Origin: Candidatus Micrarchaeota archaeon
GTDB lineage: Archaea > Micrarchaeota > Micrarchaeia > Burarchaeales > Fermentimicrarchaeaceae
Assembly (NCBI GenBank): GCA_013425335.1
Contig: JACCLG010000050.1
Location: 17,532-81,531, forward strand
Direction of reading: 5' to 3'
Length of the DNA: 64,000 nucleotides
Below the pieces are notes generated by a model. The model was given only the letters and a program-made list of their open reading frames with translations, ran no database searches and had not been told where the DNA came from. Within the stretch, counting starts at the first letter, position 1, and the number at the start of each line of letters is the position of its first letter. This document shows positions 57,377-64,000 of the stretch, piece by piece. Both the position numbers and the translations under genes were made by a program.

Positions 57377-58096
57377 TTATCTTCTGAAGACAAATATTAA
57401 TAATCCGACCGCCGCAGCGATTGTAATCAGCGATACCGTGCTGCTCACGCTGGCCTGGAGCAAACCGAACCTGTGAGCTTCCCTCACTGCTTTTATGAAT
57501 ATATTGACGATGTAGACTGTGACGAATATGGCGCCCAAGAATGCAACTGACAGGTGTATGGCATAGAGAAAGCCGAGCACTCCCCCCAGAATTAGAATTA
57601 CAAGCGGGGAGAGGGGAATAACCAATGAGAGCAGGTACAAGTGCTTCTTCAGGCTGCCCATTCCCCCCACGAGCATGGCGAAAGAATATGATACCATCGC
57701 AGTAATGAGCCAGAGGAGGAGGAAAATTATGTACTGTGTGGTATACACGAAAACTCCTGTAAGCGAGCCTGCGCTCTCCTCGGAAGGCGGCTTTCCCAGA
57801 ATGACGAGGAGGAAAGCGAGTATGCCTGCGGTTACCAGGCCGACAAGCAGGTTCATTACTACTCCTGCAAAGGAAGCCAACTCGCCGCTGTTCTTGAATT
57901 CCTTATCAGGCTCTGTGAAAGCTCCTATCCACCCGCCCCAGTTGATGAGGCGGATAGCCGTCTCAACCTTCTTCGGAGATATTGAGCAATCAATGCAAAT
58001 TCTGTCAGGATACTTGCTGCATTCCTCGCAGAGCGGTCTTCCGCACTTTGAGCACTGGGCAACGGCTTTTTCACCTGGGTGGTAGGCGCATTCCAT
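57377..58096 (-). CDS. B-box zinc finger plus Yip1-like membrane protein
   Basis: C.YHP..AVA.C..CG.PLC..C followed by five TMs. Confidence 0.75.
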   Translation of the reverse strand: MECAYHPGEKAVAQCSKCGRPLCEECSKYPDRICIDCSISPKKVETAIRLINWGGWIGAFTEPDKEFKNSGELASFAGVVMNLLVGLVTAGILAFLLVILGKPPSEESAGSLTGVFVYTTQYIIFLLLWLITAMVSYSFAMLVGGMGSLKKHLYLLSLVIPLSPLVILILGGVLGFLYAIHLSVAFLGAIFVTVYIVNIFIKAVREAHRFGLLQASVSSTVSLITIAAAVGLLIFVFRR

Positions 58097-58167
58097 TCAA
58101 ACCGAATAGATTGACTTTTCGCCGCTTAATATAGTTTTCTGAAAAACAGAGGGAAAAAAGAAAAAAA

Positions 58168-58341
58168 TCATATATTCTCAATTCCCAGCTCAAGCCTTGC
58201 AGGCCTTATGGAAGTTGACCTGCATATAAGCAGCAGCGTTTCCCCGTTCCTCTTGACAAAGGAGGTTATATTCCTCCTCTCCAGGAATGAAATGAGCTGG
58301 TCAATTTCTTCATCCTTGAGCTTGGTTATGTCCATTTTCAT
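58168..58341 (-). CDS. 57-aa micro-protein (paralog of 21062-21187)
   Basis: Same promoter/RBS unit; similar N-terminal pattern. Confidence 0.7.
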   Translation of the reverse strand: MKMDITKLKDEEIDQLISFLERRNITSFVKRNGETLLLICRSTSIRPARLELGIENI

Positions 58342-58421
58342 CTCAATCACCTCTTCACTGCTAAGAGCTGGTTTTCCAGGGTATTTAAATAGGCGGAAGG
58401 GGGGTAGCTTTCCAGTGATCA
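58328..58421 (-). repeat. 94-bp dispersed repeat, copy 2
   Basis: 3 mismatches against 21174-21267; begins at the hsp20 stop codon. Confidence 0.95.
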
Positions 58422-58958
58422 CGCTATTGGTATGCTCTCTGCCTTGGGCTTGCTCTTCTCCCTCTTCTGAAGGCATACTTCCAAAACTCCATTCTTGTAA
58501 GAAGCCTTGGCGCTCTTTGAATCCACCGTAGCAGGCAGCTTCACCTCCTTGTAGAAGTCGCTCTCCTCTCCCGGAGCAGAAATTGTGAGCGTCCTGTCGG
58601 TTGTCTTGAGGTTTATCTGGCTCTTGCTCACGCCAGGGAGTTCCACAATGACCGTTATATCGCCTTCCCTCTCAATCACGTCAACAAGCGGCTCCCTCTT
58701 GTCGCTCACCATTGGTCCTTTCATAGTGGGCCTGACATTGCCGAACTTCTGTATCACCGGCTTGCCGTCAGGGCCCACCCTCATATTAACCCCGAAAACA
58801 AGGGGCTCGCCGCTCTTGAGCTCCCCAAACCCAGAGCCCATCATCCTCCTCATCATCTCATCTATAGCTCTCCTCATATCGTCAAAATCCCCGAATGTGT
58901 CATCGCCAAAGAAATCAAACGGGTTATTAGAATCTCCTTTCTTCTTCTTGTCCGCCAT
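58419..58958 (-). CDS. hsp20: Archaeal small heat-shock protein
   Basis: GPDGKP..FGNV, REPLVDV, ELPGV, ASYKNGVLEV. Confidence 0.95.
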   Translation of the reverse strand: MADKKKKGDSNNPFDFFGDDTFGDFDDMRRAIDEMMRRMMGSGFGELKSGEPLVFGVNMRVGPDGKPVIQKFGNVRPTMKGPMVSDKREPLVDVIEREGDITVIVELPGVSKSQINLKTTDRTLTISAPGEESDFYKEVKLPATVDSKSAKASYKNGVLEVCLQKREKSKPKAESIPIA

Positions 58959-59006
58959 CCTCTCACCTTCCAGTAATGATTATAACGAGAAAATATAAAT
59001 AATTGC

Positions 59007-59501
59007 TCACTTCTTTTCCTTTCCCTTCTCGATAATTTTTTTGGCAAGCTCTGCCCGGTTGATGAGCTGCTTGTTGAAGTTCACCTTGTCCTCGGGGGTC
59101 ATAATCTTGTCATACATGAACTGGCTGTACTCCTGCGACGTCTGCGAAATGTTGAGAAGAATATCGTGGAGCTGCGGAAGCGACAGCTTGACCTCCTCAG
59201 GGCGGAGCAGGTCTATGCCTATGGGCCCGTACCTGAAGCATACGTTGATTAGCGAGTTCAAATCTCTTACTAGCAGCTTCACCTCTGCGCATGTTGAATG
59301 CATGCCTTCATACTCTATGGGCTCCTCAATCTCCCCGGTTGCATAAACAACGCCAAGCTCGTGGGTCAGCCTGCCTACCATCTCAACCATGGAGTTTTGA
59401 ATTATCTCTGCAGAATTCCCATGGATGTCAAAATATATGATGGTCAGCAGACCGCCCTTGCCCACTATCTCATCGTTGACTTCCTCAACTGACTTACTCA
59501 T
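59007..59501 (-). CDS. Conserved hypothetical protein
   Basis: Long ORF translationally coupled to the upstream zinc-ribbon ORF. Confidence 0.7.
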   Translation of the reverse strand: MSKSVEEVNDEIVGKGGLLTIIYFDIHGNSAEIIQNSMVEMVGRLTHELGVVYATGEIEEPIEYEGMHSTCAEVKLLVRDLNSLINVCFRYGPIGIDLLRPEEVKLSLPQLHDILLNISQTSQEYSQFMYDKIMTPEDKVNFNKQLINRAELAKKIIEKGKEKK

Positions 59502-59502
59502 T

Positions 59503-59658
59503 CTATAACCTCTCCAGCTTCCCATCCTTCATTGTGAACCTGTGCTCCGGGTTCCGTGGGCACACATAAACGTCGTTCTGCAGCTCGAGCCTCACAGATA
59601 TGCCGTCCTTGGTGAAGCAGACCAGGCATGCTTTCGTATTGCTCCAGTCCATCGCCAT
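59503..59658 (-). CDS. 51-aa zinc-ribbon protein (absent from the ORF track)
   Basis: MAMDWSNTKACLVC...YVCPRNPEHRF; GGTGA RBS. Confidence 0.7.
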   Translation of the reverse strand: MAMDWSNTKACLVCFTKDGISVRLELQNDVYVCPRNPEHRFTMKDGKLERL

Positions 59659-59700
59659 ATCATCACCCGCATATAATTTTGTCTAAGCTCTAATATAAAT

Positions 59701-61002
59701 TTACCCATTCTTGATTACTTCTATGCATTCCTCCACTCCCAGCAGCTTTTCCTCTCCGCTTCTGAAATCCCTGAGCTTAACCTTGCCCTGCCTCATCTCC
59801 TCCTTCCCTATTATCACAACGTAGGGCATGCCAAGCGAATTCGCATAGTTGAGCTGCTTTGCCAGCGACCTTTTCCTCAGGTCAATTACTGCAGCTATGC
59901 CAGTTTCCCTGAACCTGCTTGCCACCTTGAGAGTCTCATCCCTTAAACTATCGTCGACGCTTGCTATGAATGCGCTTCTCTCCTCCCCATCTTCTTTCAT
60001 ATCGCCAATAACCTCGGCAATTCTCTCAATTCCGAAGCTTATGCCAGTTGCAGGTATCTCCTTCCCCAGAAACAGGCCAATCATCCTGTCATACCTGCCC
60101 CCTCCGGCAAGGCTCCCTATGCCCTCCGAGAAGAAAACCTCAAAGATGGGGCCGGTGTAGTACTCCATCCCCCTTGCAAGGCTGAAGTCCACCTTCAGAT
60201 TTTTCTCAGCGCCCATCTTCCCAAGGTATGAGATAAGCTCCCTCATCTCTGCAATGCCCTCTTTTCCCTCTTTTACGCTCCCTATGAGCTTCTCGCACTT
60301 GTCAAGCATCTCATCAGCCGCACCATTAAGGGAAAGCAGCTCCATGAGCTTCTCCCCTGCCTTTCTCTCAATTCCCCTCTGAGAGAGTTCCTCAAAAACC
60401 TTCTCCTTCCCAATCTTCTCAAGCTTGTCTATGGCTCGGAATGCATCGTCAACCTTTGCGCTTTCTATGCCTGCAAACTTCACCATTGCAGACAGAATCT
60501 TCCTGTCGTTGAGCCTCACCGTGAACTCCTTGAAGCCCAGTGCCTTGAAAACATCAACTGCGCATGCAACTACCTCCGCGTCAGCCAGCATGCTTTCAGA
60601 ACCGACTATATCCACATCAGCCTGCCAGAACTCCCTCAGCCTTCCCCTTGCCACGTCCCCGTACCTCCATACTGCGCCAATTTGGTATCTCTTGAAAGGC
60701 AGGGGGGTGTTCGGGTTCATTGCAATGAACCTAGCGAGTGGGACTGTCAAATCATACCTCATCCCTACTCTTCTCCCTCCCTTGTCCTCAAAATTGTACG
60801 TCTCGTTCAGTATCTCGCTTCCGCCAGCGCCCTTTGCAGAAAGCACCTCCCAGCTCTCAAGGGCAGGAGTCTCCAGAGGAGCAAAACCATAGAGTTTGAA
60901 AACTCGCCTGATGCTTTCAAGCATCCTCTCTCTCATCCTCATCTCCCCAGGCTTTAGGTCTCTCATCCCCCTCGGGGTTGAGACGGCTTCTTGACTAGGC
61001 AT
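59701..61002 (-). CDS. hisS: Histidine--tRNA ligase
   Basis: PRGMRD, RYDLTVP, GRLREFWQ.D, LARGMEYYTG, GGGRYD. Confidence 0.97.
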   Translation of the reverse strand: MPSQEAVSTPRGMRDLKPGEMRMRERMLESIRRVFKLYGFAPLETPALESWEVLSAKGAGGSEILNETYNFEDKGGRRVGMRYDLTVPLARFIAMNPNTPLPFKRYQIGAVWRYGDVARGRLREFWQADVDIVGSESMLADAEVVACAVDVFKALGFKEFTVRLNDRKILSAMVKFAGIESAKVDDAFRAIDKLEKIGKEKVFEELSQRGIERKAGEKLMELLSLNGAADEMLDKCEKLIGSVKEGKEGIAEMRELISYLGKMGAEKNLKVDFSLARGMEYYTGPIFEVFFSEGIGSLAGGGRYDRMIGLFLGKEIPATGISFGIERIAEVIGDMKEDGEERSAFIASVDDSLRDETLKVASRFRETGIAAVIDLRKRSLAKQLNYANSLGMPYVVIIGKEEMRQGKVKLRDFRSGEEKLLGVEECIEVIKNG

Positions 61003-61176
61003 ATAAGACACCTCTTGAAGCGCAGCTAGGGAAACCTGAAAAGCAATCAATGAAGCAAATCCCCTCTCTGCATCCCATCACTTCTGGTAACATATGTTTT
61101 TCTTTATTTAAAAACCTTGGTTTTTAAAGCCTACTGGAAGTTAGATTAATATACACCTTTTTACTAAGCCTTAGTA

Positions 61177-61515
61177 ATGCTAAAGCGCGTTACAGAGACC
61201 GAGAGGAAAGAGAACCTTCTAGGTTACTCCGTGATAGCAATATTCACGCTTATCATGATGCTGATTGTATACATGCAGCAGGGCCCGACGGTATATGTCC
61301 TGCTGATACCGCTCGTGATAACCGGAGCGCTATTCTTCACCTATCAAACTTTCAAGATATTCCTGAGGATGGTGGGCAGGGAGCTTGAAATGGGGAAAAA
61401 GGAGGCTGTGGAAGAGAAGGAGCGCGGGAAGATCCTCATGCTTGTCTGCCCCAAATGCAAGGCGAAGAACCCCGCTGATGTCGTTTACTGCTTCAGCTGC
61501 GGGGAGAAGCTATAA
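61177..61515 (+). CDS. Membrane protein with C-terminal double zinc ribbon
   Basis: Two TMs; CPKC...N...YCFSCGEKL. Confidence 0.75.
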   Translation: MLKRVTETERKENLLGYSVIAIFTLIMMLIVYMQQGPTVYVLLIPLVITGALFFTYQTFKIFLRMVGRELEMGKKEAVEEKERGKILMLVCPKCKAKNPADVVYCFSCGEKL

Positions 61516-61700
61516 ATTAGTTCCTTCCCTAACTTCTGCAGATGATGAGCTCTGTAACTGAAGCTTAGGCTTATGAAGAAGATCTTGAATTCTGACAATG
61601 CTTTTGACCAATTGCAAATCTATTTAAACATGTGCGCACAATAAACTAACAGTTAATGCGCCTGTGAGTTAACTCACTATGTGCGCAAGTAGGTGAAAAA

Positions 61701-61892
61701 ATGGGATATGGAAATGACAGGGGACATTCGAAAAGACGCGACTTCGGTAGGAGAAGCTTCGACGGGCCAAGGGAAATGCACAAGGCTGTCTGCTCCGAGT
61801 GTGGCGCGGAATGTGAAGTCCCTTTCAAGCCAACAGAGGGAAGACCTGTTTATTGCAGGGAATGTTGGCAGAAACACAAACCAAGTTACTAG
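61701..61892 (+). CDS. CxxC-x17-CxxC domain protein
   Basis: REMHKAVCSECG..CEVPFKP..GRPVYCREC. Confidence 0.92.
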   Translation: MGYGNDRGHSKRRDFGRRSFDGPREMHKAVCSECGAECEVPFKPTEGRPVYCRECWQKHKPSY

Positions 61893-61904
61893 AAGAATAA
61901 CAAC

Positions 61905-62522
61905 CTAATTCTCTCTTTTCTCTTCCTTTTTCCTAAAGTAATTGCTGCCGAGCTCTTTTTTCAGCTTCAGGAAATATTTCCTCGTAAATTCATAGTTTTC
62001 CCTGCAAATCTTTCTTGACTGTCTGAAATGCAGGTTCCTGAACCTCTCTTTGACATTCTCACAAACATGTTCGGCTATCTCCCTTATGCCCCATCCTCTT
62101 TTTGCGTATATATCCAAGTAGCGGAACACTCCGACAGCGCCGAATGCATCCATATTGTCGCAGTCAAACAATATCTTCGATTCAAGGCTCTTTCTCTGCT
62201 TCTTCACGTCATCATGCTGCTCTATTGCCTCCAGTGCAGAAGATATTTTACCCTCGGGAAAGCCAATTCTCTCAAGCGCTTTCCTTGCTATTCTGGCACT
62301 TTCTTTCCCGTGCTTCAAATCGTTTGTATGCGCAACTCCTACATCGTGGAGGAAGACAGCTGCAACGAGCACTTCCATATCCGCGTTAAACTCCTTTCCA
62401 AGCTTCTCGGCATTCTTCCAAACCCTCATGGAGTGGTTTAAATCATGGGATTCCATCCTTCTGCCCTTAAACTCCCTCCTGCATTCCTCAGAGAGCGCAT
62501 AGAGCCATTTGGAGTATTCCAT
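61905..62522 (-). CDS. HD-domain metal-dependent phosphohydrolase
   Basis: HDLNHS.RV, LHDVG, DCDNMDAFGAVG. Confidence 0.9.
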   Translation of the reverse strand: MEYSKWLYALSEECRREFKGRRMESHDLNHSMRVWKNAEKLGKEFNADMEVLVAAVFLHDVGVAHTNDLKHGKESARIARKALERIGFPEGKISSALEAIEQHDDVKKQRKSLESKILFDCDNMDAFGAVGVFRYLDIYAKRGWGIREIAEHVCENVKERFRNLHFRQSRKICRENYEFTRKYFLKLKKELGSNYFRKKEEKREN

Positions 62523-62526
62523 CTGC

Positions 62527-63237
62527 TCATCTCACAGGCAGATATCTCTTGAAAATAGCAACTTTTTCCACAGGAATTCTGGGGAAATCCGTGATGAGCA
62601 TAAGGTTTGCGTAATAAACCGCTGAGTGGATTGGCCCCCTTTTTGAAATTCTCCTCGCTGACGTTACAACTTTCGGCTCAGGAAGGTAAACAACCCTCCC
62701 TTTCTCCCAGAGCTTTCTTGCAAATGCGCCGTCTTCCATCGGCTGGTTGGGGAACCCGCCGGTCTCAAAAAACATTTTCCTCGTAACCGCGTTGTTGAAG
62801 CCGAGTATCTCGCCCTTTCCCCTCATGCCCTTGAAAAGCAGGTAGCTGTTGGAAAGCTCCTCTATTGCATCCAGAACCCTGCTGTGCTTTTCAAATCTGA
62901 AAGCGCATGAAAGCCCGCTTATGCTATCATCAAAAAGGACTGCATTCACAGCATCCAGGTAGTTTGGCGGTATTGTCGTGTCCGCATCAACAAAGACAAG
63001 GACCTTTCCCCTGGATTTCCTGGCTCCGGTGTTCCTCCCAATCCATGTCCCTCTTTTCTCTACATTTACAACCCTGTCCGCATACCTCTCGGCAATCTCC
63101 ACAGTCCTGTCCTCGCTGCTGTTATCCGCAACTACAACCTCGTAGTTCAGTGAAGTCTTCTGCTTGCATGCGGACTCAAGCGTGCTTTTTATATACTTCT
63201 CCTCATTCAGTGCGGGTATTATTATTGAAGCGTCCAT
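62527..63237 (-). CDS. Glycosyltransferase family 2
   Basis: SIIIPALNEE, FVDADT, ED, TSARR. Confidence 0.92.
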   Translation of the reverse strand: MDASIIIPALNEEKYIKSTLESACKQKTSLNYEVVVADNSSEDRTVEIAERYADRVVNVEKRGTWIGRNTGARKSRGKVLVFVDADTTIPPNYLDAVNAVLFDDSISGLSCAFRFEKHSRVLDAIEELSNSYLLFKGMRGKGEILGFNNAVTRKMFFETGGFPNQPMEDGAFARKLWEKGRVVYLPEPKVVTSARRISKRGPIHSAVYYANLMLITDFPRIPVEKVAIFKRYLPVR

Positions 63238-63295
63238 ATCAAACCTTATGCATGTTGCTAATAATAAATAGTTATCATCCTACGGAGGTTTTAGA

Positions 63296-63982
63296 ATGGG
63301 AGAGAGATTTGCTAGGGTTATGGAGAAACTCAAATCGCTCTCAGACCCAAAAGCGGTTGAGGGAATGGCGCGGTTCGGCATTAACCCGCATAACACCTAC
63401 GGCGTATCCATACCAAACATAAGAAAAATCGCCAAGGAAGCGGGGAGAAATCACCTTCTTGCGCAGCAGTTGTGGGAGTCTGGCGTGCATGAGGCCAGAA
63501 TACTTGCCTGCATGATTGACGACCCAAAAATGGTTGGAGAAGGGCAGATTGAAAGCTGGGTCAGGGGCTTTGACTCCTGGGATGTGTGCGACCAGTGCTG
63601 CAGCAACCTTTTTGACAGGACAGAATTCGCACATAGGAAAGCAGCTGAATGGAGCAGAAGAAAAGAGGAGTTTGTCAAGAGGGCTGGCTTTGCGCTCGTG
63701 GCCGCCCTCTCAGTCCATGACAAGGGAGCAACGGATGAGGAATTCCTGAAGTTTCTTCCGATAATAAAGAGGGAAGCGGATGACGAGAGGAACTTTGTCA
63801 GGAAAGCCGTGAACTGGGCTCTGAGGCAGATTGGCAAGCGCAATAAAAATTTGAACAAAGCCGCAGTTGAAACTGCAGAAGAAATCCAAAGGATGGATTC
63901 AAAAAGTGCAAAGTGGATTGCATCTGATGCTTTGAGAGAGCTGAAAAGCAGTGCTGTCCAGAAGAGGCTGAAGTCTACTTGA
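63296..63982 (+). CDS. DNA alkylation repair protein (AlkD-like)
   Basis: WDVCD, EFVKRAGF, DERNFVRKAVNWALRQIGKR. Confidence 0.9.
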   Translation: MGERFARVMEKLKSLSDPKAVEGMARFGINPHNTYGVSIPNIRKIAKEAGRNHLLAQQLWESGVHEARILACMIDDPKMVGEGQIESWVRGFDSWDVCDQCCSNLFDRTEFAHRKAAEWSRRKEEFVKRAGFALVAALSVHDKGATDEEFLKFLPIIKREADDERNFVRKAVNWALRQIGKRNKNLNKAAVETAEEIQRMDSKSAKWIASDALRELKSSAVQKRLKST

Positions 63983-64000
63983 CCAGAATCTCTTTTAGTT

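Noticed and set aside
60995-61093. Cys-rich 32-codon uORF overlapping the hisS start
   Set aside because: No His codons and no supporting structure; may be chance.
1-64000. CRISPR array, cas genes, reverse transcriptase/DGR, integrase or transposase
   Set aside because: No regularly spaced repeats or matching protein motifs seen; the 77-bp and 94-bp repeats do not show a DGR-like adenine-specific variable region.

Overview
Archaeal chromosomal window, most likely a DPANN lineage such as Micrarchaeota. This is inferred from archaeal-type rpl1/rpl10/rpl12, spt5, CarS, AMP phosphorylase plus ribose-1,5-bisphosphate isomerase, YGW pilin-like proteins, GGTGA ribosome-binding sites and TTTAAATA promoters. 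Core genes are alaS (3' part), an ABC transporter, sppA, carS, ssb, dys, ftsZ-secE-spt5-rpl11, rpl1-rpl10-rpl12, nadX/nadA/nadC, an intron-containing tRNA-Ala(CGC), panE/panB, trm1, trpS, hsp20 and hisS. They are interleaved with many orphan genes. A patchy accessory zone (~28.9-46 kb) holds an AT-rich restriction-modification island, a nuclease-DGQHR fusion, a PD-(D/E)XK nuclease, a Csa3-like CARF-HTH gene coupled to an MBL-fold nuclease, and zinc peptidases. The most notable observations are: (1) a stand-alone single-repeat (half) TATA-binding protein that shares an identical 19-bp promoter with two nearby genes; (2) a ~166-bp protein-free IS200/IS605-type element resembling a TnpB omega-RNA scaffold; (3) a 94-bp near-identical regulatory unit driving two diverged micro-proteins 37 kb apart; (4) a CRISPR-less CARF-HTH/nuclease module with a palindromic operator; (5) a shared promoter signature on scattered orphan enzyme genes. 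All calls come from reading motifs by eye; no database searches were run.
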